From: Nemertoderma westbladi
Lineage: Eukaryota > Animalia > Xenacoelomorpha
Direction of reading: 5' to 3'
Assembly (NCBI GenBank): GCA_032718475.1
Contig: JAUCBJ010000119.1
Coordinates: 1 to 44,488, forward strand
DNA: 44,488 nucleotides
Each line of letters starts with the position of its first letter. Position 1 is the stretch's first letter. A program made the translations under genes and the position numbers. This document shows positions 11,371 to 25,200 of this stretch, piece by piece. The notes under the pieces were generated by a model. That model was not told the DNA's origin and searched no databases. It saw nothing but the letters and a program-made list of their open reading frames with translations.

Positions 11371-11879
11371 GCAGACTGCTAGCGCCTGGCTACCAGATAC
11401 AGGCAACTGCTAACGCCTGGCGACCAGTGCATAACGATCTGTGCATATCGACCAGTGGCGTGGTGTGACCCAGTATGGGGCCCGGGAAATCCCAAAATAA
11501 GGGCCCATTCATAAATGCCAGATCACCTGGAATTTTGACCACCCCCCCCCCCCCCACCCCCTAATGCACAAAACATTTTTAAAGAAAAAGGCTTTTATAA
11601 AGTTTTGAAGAAACAAATATAATGGCATAGTTAATCATAATAATACTGTATAAGTAGTGATATCAGGATAGGGCAGTACACAATATATCTATTTTAACTT
11701 TTGACTTTCTACCGCGAAGTTTCGATTTATTTATAGTTGTTGCAAAGGCTTCAAAATGTAGAGCTTCCTTCGCAAAGTTTTTCAATATAACAGCTGTAGT
11801 TCAATTTCTTCAGGAGAAATGCCTCCAAATGTTAGTGAGATTGCATGAAACTTGAAATAGAGGTAGAATAATTTTTAGC

Positions 11880-12556
11880 TACAAGCGTTTAAAAAAGGTC
11901 GATATTGCACCAGTTACTACACCATATACCATAGTTATTACACCATACACCGCAGTTTAAAAATGGCCGAGATATGAACGTTCAATAATGTTGCATAGTG
12001 TTGCACCTCTACGAGGCTATTTTATTCTATTAAATTTTTCAAGTTAATTAAGCCATGGGACTGGGAGTGGCACAATAAAACACGATAAAGAGAATAAATA
12101 ATAAATTAAATTAAAAGCACCGTCACTTAGAAATACTGAAGTAGAGTTGATGAATCAAGTGAAGATTATTTTTAATAAATACACCATATTCTAGAACATT
12201 TTGTACATTGAATGTGCATTGAATAGTGTACATTGAATATGAATCGCTACGTAATATTATGGTTAAAGAGGTAATGAATGCATTGTTGTACAGCTACGTA
12301 TTGGACAAACAAAATGTTCCAGAATATGGTGTTTTTATTTAAATAGAATAAAATAGCGTCACGCAGATGCAAAACTATGTAACTTTCTAACGCTCATATT
12401 CCGTTTATTCTTCAACGAAATTCAGATTGTGTTACATATTTGGAATCATTGCATGATCAGCTTTCCATCCCTACAAACACATCACAATAACGTTGAAGAA
12501 TAACTGCGGTATAACTGGTGCAATAACGACCGAGGCACCTTTTTTAAACGCGTTTA
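11880..12556. mobile_element. Degenerate foldback/MITE-like element
   Basis: Nested inverted blocks: gcgtttaaaaaaggt/accttttttaaacgc, tattgcaccagtta/taactggtgcaata, gctattttattctatt/aatagaataaaatagc, caccatattctagaacattttg/caaaatgttccagaatatggtg. Confidence 0.55.
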
Positions 12557-13690
12557 AAAAAATGCGTGCTTGGGGGGGGGGGGGGGGGGGGTCATGTAGC
12601 TGAACGACACTATATATTCCAGGAAATGGTGTACTACTATACTGTAATCAGGTAGGTGTATAACATTGGGTGTAATATGAAGACTCACAGGACTTTGGGA
12701 ATTAACAGTTGTTACATAGTGTATAGATGATAGAAATGCTAACGCTGGTGAATGCCTACCACTTCATCCGTTCAGTTATTACATAGGTATATCCAATGAC
12801 TTTTAGACAAACTGACCAATCAGACAACACGTTGACCAGCGTTCTCAGACAGATAAGATTACATCATGTTTATTACATTAGAGTACCTACCTATGTACCT
12901 CTATTTCATGGGAGATGACTGGTATATTGAACTCTGGTAGATGGTCAGCTCAGGTGAAAGGAATGCATTCCCAACTGTTATATGTACATACACAGCACAG
13001 AGCATTATAGGGGAAGAGGGCGCCCCCCTACGGTAGGCAATTAGGCTCCCTTTTCCTAGTAACAACTCAATATTTACAGACTACTGCTAAAGAAAGGCTG
13101 GCCATTATTGGGTAATGAATGAGGCAGGGTATAGAACAGGTGTAAATGGAGTACGTCTCCATCGTGATTTCTATCTGGTCTGGAGGGCTGGCACTAATGT
13201 AACTTCAACACAGTTTGCCTTGTCTGACGCCTGAGGGGACTTTTTCAATATAGAATAATGCTGGTATGTGCTCCTACCAACGTTTACTACCCCCCCCCCC
13301 CCCCCCCAGGGCGCGTCATAAAAATCGAATTTTGGAAATTTAAAGTGAAGTGGCCATTTTTATCTGGACAAGGCCATTAAAAGTGCCTGGTAAAAATATT
13401 TCTGAAAAATATTGACATCTTAAGGTCGCCCAACTGACTTTTGTAAATTTAATCTCTATCGCTATCATTTGCGGTTGTTTTTGATGAGCGAATTATAAGT
13501 TAAGCCACTTCTACTCATCGTATTGACTCAATTTTTGGCGCATTTGAAAGGCAATGGTCGATATTGGGGGGTAGAACACATAAAAAAGTTAAAATTCATG
13601 AAAGGGACGCTTTTTTACTACGTGAAAGCCCTTTTGTTCAAAATTGTGTGTCAAATTTACTATAAATTCATATTCCTTGTAAAAGCTTTT

Positions 13691-13870
13691 GCGGATATAA
13701 CAAGTCATTTTTCTCCGCAATGTACTGTGTAGTTGTTTTAGCGGACATAACAAGCCATTTTCTCCGCAATGTACCTTGTAGGTGTTTTAGCGGACATAAC
13801 AAGCCATTTTCTCCGCAATGTACCGAGTAAGTGCTTTAGCGGACATAATAAGCCATTTTTTGCCGCAATG
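13691..13870. repeat. 49-50-bp tandem repeat, about 3.6 copies
   Basis: gcggacataacaagccattttctccgcaatgtacc... starts at 13691, 13741, 13790 and 13839. Confidence 0.9.
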
Positions 13871-15562
13871 CGCCTAATACTCTAAAAGACTGGAACTCAG
13901 ATCGACCGCCATCACGACAACACAATTCTGCGTATGAAAGTAAACTTTGCGACACCCTTCAAACCCTTTGTGACGTCCCCTACCCATGCATTGTCACTGG
14001 AGACTTCAATCTCCCGAGTTGGAACTGGAAAGACCTCAGTCACCCAGATTCAGATCTCTACAATGGATTCGAGACTTTCATCCTTGAAGCGAGTTTAAAC
14101 CAGGTCCAGTTTGAACCAACCAGAGGTGCAAATGTTCTCGACTTGGTGTTTACATCCGATGAAGAGTTTGTATCAAATGTCACAGTAGATTTACCCTTCT
14201 CTACCAGCGATCATTCAATCGTTCTTTTCAATATCGTAGACCCAAATTGTAGTTCTGGAAACATGGATGACCCACCAGGATTCTACGACTTTAGCAATGG
14301 CGACTACATAGGTTTTAATGATTATCTAAGGGAAATAGATTGGACAGTTGGAGAGCTATTTATGGTCCATGCATTTCGGTCAACGATTTTTATAATTGTT
14401 TTAGCAAACAGCTAAAGGATGGCATCGATCAGTTTATTCCTTTCAAGGTTTTTACTCGCAAAAGAAAGAAAACGTATCCAAGTTATGTCAGAAAGCTCCA
14501 GAAAACAAAACAGATACTTTGGCGGCGGCGCAGTAATCCCGGTGGCCTGGAAGCCTACAGACGATCGGCGAAACAGGCGTCTCAGTCAGTGTACCGGGCA
14601 ACGTGCGAGAAAGAATCGAAACTCTTAAACTCCGGACTCCGGCGACTCGAACGCGATCTTCAAATATATTAACTCTAAACGGAAGAAAGCCTCTGGGATC
14701 GGCCCTTTGAAGTATCAAGGTCCAAGGAGATACGATAGTCGATAATGAAACAAAAGCCGAGATTTTCGCCAAAGTTCTTTCGGAAAACTTCTCGGAAGAC
14801 AACGGCACAATCCCGACGTTCCTTCGCAAAGTTCCAGACAACATCGGACTGTCATCGGTCGATCTGAGCCCCATTAGGGTTCTAACTATATTACGCCATC
14901 TGCAGTCGAAGAAAAGTAGATCACCGGATTGTGTGCCGTCCATTATCTTTGTTAAATTGGCGTGCGCCCTCGCCTCGCCTCTGTCTGTTAACGTATATAC
15001 GTTGTTAACGTATATTTAACGTCTCTCTTTCAACCCACACCCTACCAGACATCTGGTTGACCGCAGACATTATTCCACTGTTCAAGAAGGGGAACCCTGC
15101 AGACCCGTACAATTATAGACCCATCAGTCTCACCTGTATATCTTGTAAAATTATGGAACGGTGCATAAAAAATGATATTATTAATTATTTGTCAAGCCAT
15201 GGAATTATTTCCAAGGCACAGCATAGTTTCCTTCAGCGTAAATCAACCTGTACTCAGTTATTGGACTGCATTACAGATTGGTACAAATTAGTTGACCGTA
15301 AATATAATATTGATATTATTTATATTGATTACGCCAAAGCGTTCGATTCGGTAGTCACTTCGAAATTGTTTGCTAAATTAGAAAGCTACGGCTTTACAGG
15401 TGATTTATTGTTATGGCTTAAAGCGTTTTTAACAAATTAGAAAGCATCGTATTTTAATCGGTAACACTTTTTCAGATTATTGTGCTGTTTTATCAGGTAC
15501 AGTCCAGGGGAGTGTTTTAGGTCCTGTTCTTTTTTTACTATTTATTAACGACTTACCTGAAT

Positions 15563-16281
15563 CGGTCGTACTAAAAACCGCAATTTACCGCAACTTACCG
15601 CAATTTACCGCAACTTACCGCAATTTACCGCAACTAACCGCAATTTACCGCAACTAGTTGTTATTTTCAAGCAGCTGCTTGGTCTAGCAGTCTAGTGGCG
15701 AAATTCCTGGGCTTCAAATTAGGAGGCCCCTGTTCGATCCCTTGCTGCCTTGACCGTGTAGCACTCTTTTCTGTTTGTGTAGTGTTTTAAAAACGGTCCT
15801 ACGAATTACCCCAAACCAAAATACCCCGAAATACTTGTTTTTCACTCTCGTTTATTGTTTTGGTTAGAAAAACTTGCCACTGTAACCTGCTCCTTTCCCT
15901 CGCCGTTTCTAAACATTGTTGGCTTATTTTGGGGTACCTGTAATAGTTTAGCCTTTTTGTGGTATTTTGTGACTATTTTGGGGTAGGCCTAATTCGTAGG
16001 ACCCTCTAACAGTCTAATGTTAACATATATTGGTTTTATATTGATCACATTACCTGATTACAACAGCATTAGGCCTAATTGTAAATTTTGTCGTTTTTAA
16101 AACACTGCAAAAACAGTGTTGCCTGGTCAAGGGATCGAACCAGGGCCTCCTACGTGGAAGCCTAAGGTTGTCACCACTAGGCCATAAGGCTGCTTAAAAA
16201 TGACAATTAGTTGCGGTAAATTGCGGTAAGTTGCGGTAAATTGCGGTTAGTTGCGGTAAATTGCGGTTTTTAGTAGGACCC
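15563..16281. mobile_element. Foldback MITE with long inverted arms, 10-bp subterminal repeats and tRNA-derived segments
   Basis: Termini cggtcgtactaaaaaccgcaa / ttgcggtttttagtaggaccc; 8-bp TSD acctgaat (15555-15562, 16282-16289); removal restores the LINE RT frame (NDLPELLSPIDVKLFADD). Confidence 0.92.
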
Positions 16282-16538
16282 ACCTGAATTGCTTTCACCT
16301 ATTGATGTTAAACTTTTTGCTGATGATGTTAAACTCTACGCACCCACCACCGAATGTGACTCTTTAGCCAACGCCCTCAAATTGTTAGAGACATGGGCAA
16401 ATGAGTGGCAGCTAGACGTTGCAGCTCATAAATGCACTGTTATACATGTTGGCGCATCGAACAGTAATTTTAATTATATTTTAAACGGTAATGTAATTAA
16501 GTGCGAAGATTTCTGCAAAGACCTTGGTATTATTGTTA

Positions 16539-17630
16539 TAGTCGAGTAGACGCTTGGTACATTTTACTGACGAACCGATCTCCAGCGTATGACTGCAATT
16601 TTATTTGGTAATTATTATTCACTGCAATTTGGTTGGATGTTGTGGCCGATAACAAACTTAAACCAGATCCAGGTGAACCAGCAATGGCTCCAGAGCCTAT
16701 ATTACAAATACAGTAGCATCCTGTAGATGCAATTCTCAAAGACCTTGTTCTACTGCAAGATGTAGTTGCCAGGCTCTAAAGGTTCCTTGTAATTTGTACT
16801 GTATTGCAAAGTGTGCGAACAATGAGTGTCATAATTTGTAAATTAATATAATATCAAAAATAAATCAAATATCATAAATAAACTATTTACAGTAAATGTA
16901 AAGTTATGTCACCGAATTCAGGAAATATGCATCAACGGTCCAGTTATTAAACCTAACATCACCCTACATAAACATCAAAAATCAGTTTCGGTGAACACTG
17001 CACATCAGAAAATAAATCTGTGCAGAAGCTCATCAGGCAGCGCCATAATGTTCGAGCACGCTCGACCAAGAAGTTTTAGTAGTAGTAGCAGCGCCATTAC
17101 ATCCATATAATGTTGGCTACATTTATGGATAATATATGGATAGCTTTGAACTTACATTCAAACTCATACTTCCGCGGCTTCTTGAGGATACATGTCTTGA
17201 GTGTTTTATCGAGCTGATATGGCATCAGGTATTACTGAGGACAGAGAGGTATGTCGGTGCATTAATTAGCCTCAATGATGTGCTCCAAAAATGTGCACAC
17301 CGCGCTATGTATGTATTGCAAAATTTGTAACCCATTATTGCAACTATAATGCTTATTCCTTATATTTCTATATTTTCAAGCTTAGTTTTTCGTTATTTAT
17401 ATTGCACAGTGTCTCCATGGGTAAATTAAATAGCGCTTCGTGTTAATTTAACCTTGTTGCTATACAAAACATCTGTAGTTATGTTAAATATTGTTCTAGA
17501 AAAAAATGCTCAATGCTAACTGTGTTAAATATAACATAATTTCAAATGTCTTATACAAGTGAACACTTTCAGGAAAAAAAATTGCAGTCATACCCAATTT
17601 GAACGGTGGTCACCACTGTCTACTTGACTA
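16539..17630. mobile_element. Non-autonomous DNA transposon with TAG...CTA termini and 3-bp TSD (Academ- or PIF/Harbinger-like)
   Basis: TIR tagtcgagtagac / gtctacttgacta, subterminal gtatgactgcaatttt inverted pair, TSD tta (16536-16538, 17631-17633); removal restores KDLGIIVSADLKF. Confidence 0.85.
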
Positions 17631-19240
17631 TTAGTGCTGATTTGAAGTTTAATAATTATTGTAAGCAGCAAGTTGCTAAAGCTTATAGGATAATAAATAT
17701 GATATTTCGTAACATTAAATCGTGTAATAAATCGGCACTTTTAACGGCCTACAAGTCTATTGTTAGACCGGTTTTAGAGTACTGTACCCCTGTTTGGTCG
17801 CCCTTCACTAAGTATGGTATAAATTTAGTCGAACGAGTTCAACACTATTTTACACGCAGATTGTATCGTTAACTTAACTTATGTTTCATATTGTGACCGT
17901 CTAACCTGCCTGTCTCTACAACCCTTGGAGGTTAGGAGAATTATTTTCGACTTGAAAATGGTGTACCGTATTTTTCACGGCCTTGTTGCCCTTACGTTTA
18001 GTAACTACTTTTCACGTGCGCCAGTAAAAGGGCTACGTGGACACAGCTATAAACTTCATATTCCGTATTGCAGACTACAACTTTGTAAGAACTCTTTTAA
18101 CTACCGCAACTGTTCCATTCTGGAATTCTTTATCGCAAGATATTGTTGATGCTAAAAACCTACAAATTTTTTCTCGTAAATTATTAACGTTCGATTTCAA
18201 GTCACACTGTTCGGTCGACCATTGGTGCAAATAGCCGTTTAACTTTTTACTTATTTATATTATTTTTTTAAACTATTTTTTTAAGGTTTTGTATCCGTTG
18301 TGTGATTGTGTTTGTTGTTTTTATTTCATTCCTACCTATTTTATTAAGTAATAACCAATGATATTATTTTTATCACAATATTTATCACTATACTATACTG
18401 TATGTACACATATATTTACACTTAATTTCTCTTCTTTTAAATCATTTAAATCGCCCCTTTAAGTGCCTCGAGCCTGGGCGGCGATCTCCCTCGAAAAATT
18501 GTCGATTACCTATATTTAGTATATTACTACTGTATTGGTTATACTATATATATTTTAATTTATGTTATCGTGTATTAAATTATTAATTATAATTAATTAT
18601 CTATTATTAGTTACAGACAGACTGCGGACGCCTGGCGACCACTTACATACAGGTGCTGTACGTCGCAGCGCAGTGGTTACACGTTGTGGGGTCTTCGAGC
18701 AGCACGTGTTCAAATGTTCAATGAATGAACAGCGACTAATTAACAAATTTATGAGAGACTCATTGACCAGCTACCGACAGACCGATATTGTGACATATAT
18801 TTTAGTTTAATGTTTGATTCAATTAGAGGCACAAATTAAAAAGGCTACAAATATATAAGGGTGAATAATTAAATTAATCACCCATTAAAAGGTAGCCAAA
18901 TATAAGTTGCAATCTATATAAATTTTTAAATTCAGTAGTGTGCGTGTGTTGTGTATTGATTCCGTAGATTTCATGTTGTAGTAGCGTTCATTAATTTAAT
19001 TTCTATTTAATTATTCAGGCATACTAATACACACATTAAATTAGTTCGTGTGTGTTAAGTGTGTAAGATTTGATTGTTTCGGCACGAACCCATTAGGGCA
19101 CAGAAACTGACGGATTCTTCGCGAATTTCGCAAACGTCGCAAACTTCGGGAATTTGTTCTACAATTTTGACTCCTTAAGCAAATGGGTCCCGAATGAGTT
19201 TTTTAACCTTTATTTTTTTGTGATTTTGAGTGCTTTCTTA

Positions 19241-19471
19241 TATTAGTGAATGTTCTAGAACCTTAGTAGATTTTTTATGGTATATAGCTAGTATTTTTTA
19301 CTAGCTAGTAATTTTTGGAAATTATTTTGGTCATTAATATATTCTTCAACAGTTTAACCTGAAATATCATGGACTTTCACATTTTTTATAATTTCAAAAA
19401 ATACTAGCTAGCAAAAAACACTAGCTATCATAAAAAACATATCTACTAATGTTGTAGAACTTTCACCAATA
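19241..19471. repeat. Imperfect foldback, arms of about 85 bp
   Basis: tattagtgaatgttctagaaccttagtagat...atagctagtattttttactagctagtaatttttggaaatta is mirrored at 19389-19471. Confidence 0.7.
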
Positions 19472-19556
19472 CCAAAAAAATTAATAAACTCTAAAAAAGG
19501 ATTGGTGGAAAATGGCTGGGGTGTCGACAGGGCGAAGTAGGGACCGTGTTGCTTAA

Positions 19557-20866
19557 CCCCTTAGAGCCTAATGACGTCCACTGCACGTCACCATGGACAG
19601 CACGAAGACGTGCAGTGGACGTCATGCTGGAATACATGTTTTATTGGAAGGCTCTTGGAGTAGGTATACTGGTGGATAGCATTAATGACATTTATTGCTC
19701 TTCATGGCAAAAAATCCATTCTGTACTGTAGATAGGCTGTATTGTAGACTGTAGTATTAGTGTTAGGTATATGGCGTAATGCCAACCACAGTACAGTAGT
19801 TCAGACTGACAGAGAGACCGACAGACAGACAGACTAGATTTATGTAAACGTGTAAACTGACATCAGAAATGAAATCAGCAACCCTTAAAACCCCCATAGC
19901 GAGAATGTTGGTTAGTTATTATACTTTTTTAAGTTTTCACAGACTGACTGACAGAAAGACCGACAGCCAGACAGACTAGATTTTTTTAAACGTGAAAACT
20001 GACATCTAAAATAAACTCAGCACCCATTAAAACCCCCATAACGAGAATGTTAGTTAGTTTGTATTCTTTTTTAAGTTGTGACAGACTGACTGACTGACAG
20101 AAAGACCGACAAACAGACAGACTAGCTTTTTTTAAACGTGAAAACTGACATCTAAAATAAAATCAGCACCCATTAAAACCCCCATAACGAGAATATTAGT
20201 TAGTTTGTATTCTTTTTTAAGTTTTGACAGACTGACTGACTGACAGAAAGACCGACAAACAGACAGACTAGATTTATGTAAACCTGAAAACTGACATCAG
20301 AAATGAAATCAGCACCCCTTAAAACCCCCATAGCGAGAATGTTAGTTAATTTGAATTATCTTTTAAGTTTTGACAGACTGACTGACAGAATGACCGACAG
20401 ACAGACAGACTAGATTTATGTAAACGTGAAAACTGACATCAGAAATGTAATCAGCACTCCTTAAAACCCCCATAGCGAGAATGTTAGCGACAAGTTTTAA
20501 ATATTAACCATATTTCGTAAGATATATTTTAAAACATTTATTTATTAATAATGCAATAACTGAATAACCAGATAACGGAAAGACAAATCGAATTGAAACT
20601 TTTAATTACTAATAATAATTGTGGTGAGAGGTGATGGAAATCAAGAATATATGTTATGTTATGGAGCATGCGTTGGTAGGCACAGGCAAATGAATTGATG
20701 TCTGTTGAGATGTATTGAAGGAGCACTATTCCTTCTACTGGACTACTATGTCCTTGTGTACTAGCCTAGGCACTGGCTTGGCCAATGACTTTAGCTTGCC
20801 AACTGTAAAACTTCAAGAAATATTATTGGGCACGGCTGCCCTTGCCATGCCTTAGGCTCTATGGGG
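19557..20866. mobile_element. piggyBac-like non-autonomous element carrying a satellite
   Basis: ttaa|ccccttagagcctaa ... ttaggctctatgggg; perfect 19-bp subterminal hairpin at 19571-19625; the right TTAA is not preserved. Confidence 0.55.
19803..20487. repeat. Tandem repeat of about 140 bp, 5 copies, with GACA microsatellite
   Basis: Unit gactgacagaaagaccgacagacagacagactag...gaaatcagcaccccttaaaacccccatagcgagaatgttag; related monomers at 22915-23225 (minus) and 25298-25420. Resembles Helentron/DINE-1-type core repeats (inference). Confidence 0.9.
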
Positions 20867-22014
20867 GAGAATGGAATCAGCGTATGAACTTACAATGTTA
20901 ATTATGTTTAAATCAATTAAAAATACATTTATTAACGCAAATCACTTGAAAAAATAAAAAACTATAATGGGATGGGGTACATGGATTCCAGATATCCAAT
21001 TTCAGTGCAAAATAACTTTAATCGTATGGTGCTAAACAATTAATTTCCATGGAGAGACCGTTCAAAATAACTCAACCATACAATTTAGCTGAAGATATTA
21101 ACTTCGATTATGGCTTCCGACATTTATGGCTACCGACACACACACACCCCTCTTTGTACAACCCCCATTCTGGGGACCGTTATTTCTATCGGTCGGTTCT
21201 GGGGTCGATATTGATTTCCTTATAACTTCTTTATTCTTGGTTTAAATTAAATTATTTTGGCACCAATAGACTCAGGAGACCATTTTACGTCATTCTATTG
21301 TTTCAAAATTTATCAACTCTAAAGATTGCTAATTTGTTACTCATAGGTTGAACTGGGGTCCTCAAACATACACATTTCACTGGTGTGTTTAAGTTTTTCT
21401 CCAATCACGACCCGGTCCCCAGTGTGATTGAGCACATTTCAGGTAGAGTTTACACAATCATTAACTCTACCGAATGTTAAACATTAAACAATGTGCAGCC
21501 GTGTCAGACAATATGTGATTGGATAACAAATAATGTTCTGGAATATTCTTGAGAAATAGAAAGGGTTCAATGGGCAGGCAGCCATAATCTTCAAACCCTT
21601 GTATTCGTAACTAACTCTACAATATGATTTTGATGTGAGGAAACAATACGTAGATTTCATTTTGCTACCAATTTTAACTAAATATTTTAATATTTTTATT
21701 GCTATTTGTGATAATAATCAAAATAACCAATGAACTTGAAATAAATAATTAACTAAACCTAAGAAACATTTATTTAATTTCGCAGTATTTAGTGCCTAAT
21801 AAGAGTATATTATTGACTACATGATGTTCGTAACATTATTACAGTCAGATAATATAGTTAAATGCTTTAATTCTGAATTACTTAATATATAAGAAGAAAA
21901 CAATCTAATGTATTATTTCGTTTCTAAAATTTATATTTTAATAAGCGATTAATTTATTTCGTACTGAATATGGAGAAAAAAAGATGTTGATGTAGATTGC
22001 ATTTTAGCTACCAA

Positions 22015-22100
22015 TTCATTCCGGTGACGTCCCCGGATTGTTAATCGTCCCCGGTTTGTCGTTGTGTATTCATGCAATTGTCCCCGGTATGAATCAGGTA
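22015..22100. repeat. Direct repeat of about 85 bp, second copy at 29157-29241
   Basis: ttcattccggtgacgtccccggattgttaatcgtccccggtttgtcgttgtgtattcatgcaattgtcccc is near-identical at both sites. Confidence 0.85.
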
Positions 22101-22265
22101 CAACGTAATCCTGTGTAATCCGTATCCGTATGTAATGTATATTTTTGAATACATATGATTGCATGAACATATCAAGTAGGATAGGGTACTAAGCAAGTTA
22201 AATTCTTTAGTACTAAATACATAAAAATTAAAACATACGATACGTTGGCCTAGGTATTATTTTAA

Positions 22266-25200
22266 GGCCCCGCGGTAGCGCTACATGGACATGATTTTTA
22301 TATTGCCTTGTTAGAGCAACTTCTCATTGTCAGAAACGACCATAACTTTGTATGAAGGTCAATGGAAGATTTGTAATTATGAATAAAAATAAAAAATTCA
22401 AATTTTTCAAAAATTTGGGAAAATATTAACAAATATTGACAAATTTTTGGACAAAAATCCAAAAACCTTCATCAGATTCAATCTTGAGTATTTTCCTTTC
22501 TAATTTTTCAAATCGCATCAAAAATGTATGCTCTTTCGATATCTCGAAGCAAAATTTCAAAAATTACTTAACAATTGTCATTTTGGTGCTGTTTTTTGTT
22601 TTGTTTATTGTTTAATTTTGACAAATTAAAAATTATCAATATTTTATTCAATTTTGGCCATTTATTTCCATATTGGAATAAAACTTAATCAGAATTCGAG
22701 ATCGAGATATCTGAAGAGAGCACATCAGAGAACCCCTCTGAACAAAATTTTAGAATATTTATTGAAAATTGAATTGTCTGAAGCTATTTTTATGCAAAAA
22801 AAAACCATTCCGAGATAATTGCCTTTAAAATTTGAACCTTCCCGCGCAAAAATTGTCTGTTAATATGTGAGAAAGTTTGTCAATATATATCTATCAACAA
22901 GAAAGCATAAACCATGCTAAGAATTTTGCTATGGGGGTATTCCTGGTAGCTGATTTCATTTCTGAGGTCAGTTTTCAATTTTAATGAAATCTAGTTTGTT
23001 TGAATGTTTGTCTGTCGGTCTTTCTGACCATCCGACTTATCTGTCTGTCAAATATTAGAAAAAGGCACAGCATTGAGCTAAAAGTTTAGCTATAGGGGTT
23101 TTCTTGGTCGCAGAATTCATTTCGAGTGTAAATTTTAACATTTGATGGCTTCCAAATTGTCTGTTTCGCTGTCAGACTGTCGGTTATATTTTGACAGCAG
23201 ACTGACAGGCATACAGACAGAACCGACGAGGGCAATACTGCCTTTACAGAAGCAGTTAAGTTAGCAGCAGCAGAAACAGTTCCTGTATACCCTCGAAACA
23301 GGAAAAGGGCCCCCTGGACTGACAACAAAATTCAGAAGTGCCGAAATGACCTTCTTAAGGCGCAGAAAGAGTCCCGACTCAAACAGACTACAGCGGCCAA
23401 GAATGCAGTTAAGGCTGCATCTAGGTCCCTGAACAGGCAGTACTCTGCTAATCTACAGGAGCTAATAAACCAACAGGTTGATGCCATCAATGATGCTGAC
23501 GACAGCAGGCAATCATCCCAGGCATGGAAATCGATCAATCTGCTTACTGGGCGGAAAAGCCAACCAACCACCAAGGTTAAGGCTGAATCACCAACCGATC
23601 GCCTCAATGGTTGGAAAGCCCACTTTGAAAAGCTCCTCAATAATGACAGGGTATTGCCTGATAACTTTATAGAAGTAAAAGTGTCTGAGTCTGTACTCCC
23701 AGATATTCCCATTGGCGATATCTCCTTTGCAGAAGTGAAGGCTGCTGCAAAGAGCATTAAGACCAATCGTGCCAGTGGAGTAGATGGTGTTCCCCCTGAG
23801 GTCTTTAAAATACCTGAGTGTTTAAAGCTCATCTATCCCATCATAGTAGACATGTACCGAACAACAAGAGTCCCACAAGAAATGAAAACAAATAAGTTGG
23901 TGCCAGTTCCCAAGAAGGGCAACCTAACACTCTATGGTTCTTTTCGGGGAATCTCATTGATCTCGATTGCTGCAAAGCTATACAATAGGATTCTATTAAA
24001 TCGCATCAGGGATCCCATTGAGAGACTGCTCCGTGGAAATCAGAATGGGTTCCGTAAAGGTCGTGGGACCATGGAGCCCATTTTGGCACTTAGAAGGATA
24101 ATTGAAGAGTTATCAAAAAAAAAGAAAGACAGGCATCTGGCTGTTATCTTTGTTGACTTCTCCAAGGCCTTTGATTCAGTCTCTCGCTCACGTATGTTCA
24201 GCATACTTTCATTGTATGGGATTCCTGATGAAATTATTGCAGCAATCAGATCAGTATACGATGGTTCGACAACATTTGTGTCTACTGTTGACGGTGACAC
24301 AGAACCATTTGAAGTGTTGTGGGGCGTCATCCAGGGAGACACACTTGCACCATTCTTGTTCATAATTGTGGTTGACTATGTTCTACGCATGTCCTTAGAC
24401 CATCATAATGATGATGGGGTGATGATAACTCCACCTACTGGCTCCAGAAGTCGAGGAAATCCTGCCAAGTACCTAACTGATCTAGACTTTGCTGATGACT
24501 TAGGAGTACTCTCAGAATCATTAGAGGGAGCGCAACGGCTCCTCAGCTCATTAGAACATGCTGCTTCTAGTGTTGGTCTTTTTATTAACTCCAGAAAGAC
24601 CAAAATTTTGACAGTTAACTTTGCAAGTCTCTGATCGGATGAGCATAAGCTCAAAGGATGGTATGCTTGAGCAAGTGGACGACTTCTGTTGCCTGGGATC
24701 ATGGATCCGGAAGTCAGATGAGGACCTACGAATACGTAAGGGAAAGGCATGGGCAGCCTTGAATAGGCTTTCCAGGATTTGGAAGTCACCGAGAATTAAT
24801 CGGAAACTTAAGGTCCGATTATTTAGAGCAGCAGTACTTCTATGCTGGGCCCTAACTGCTGAGGACACCAAATCTCTGGATGGCACATTCACAAGAATGC
24901 TACGCCGGGTTCAATGTGTCAAGTACAATGCACACATCTCCAACAAGACACGATATAACATTGGAGGTATCTCATTGGTTCCCCCAAGCTTGACACTAGA
25001 ACAAAATCGCCTCCGCTTTGCAGGACATTGCTTTCGCCGTGAGGACCAGCCAGTGCATAATCTTGTACTTTGGCAGCCTCATGGAGTGAATAAGCATGGT
25101 GGACAGCCCATGACTTTCTTGAGACGCATCTTAAAGGACACTGGCCTTAAAGATGCGGATGATCTATCAAATGTCATGGGTGATAGGGAGTTGTGGCGGT

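Larger units (their letters stand above)
10766..12773. repeat. 31-bp perfect inverted repeat pair 2 kb apart
   Basis: gaacggatgaagtggtaggcattcaccagcg (10766-10796) and its reverse complement (12743-12773). Confidence 0.85.
13900..18610 (+). mobile_element. 5'-truncated, decayed CR1-group LINE (APE + RT), interrupted by two DNA-transposon insertions
   Basis: RPP...IVTGDFNLP, PTRGANVLDLVF, SDH (endonuclease); PLFKKGN..DPYNYRPISLT, YIDYAKAFDSV, QGSVLGPVLF, LFADDVKLY (RT); KSIVRPVLEYCTPVWSP, RGHSYKL; AT-rich 3' tail; several stops and frameshifts. Ends approximate. Confidence 0.9.

Noticed and set aside
11453-12612. hAT-like element starting cagtggcgt
   Set aside because: The right terminus is only weakly matched and no 8-bp TSD was found.
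15671-16193. Functional tRNA genes
   Set aside because: Acceptor and anticodon stems do not pair properly; treated as tRNA-derived MITE arms.
18655-18725. tRNA-derived SINE head (gcagcgcagtggtta...gtgttcaaat)
   Set aside because: Boxes are degenerate and no body, tail or TSD could be defined.
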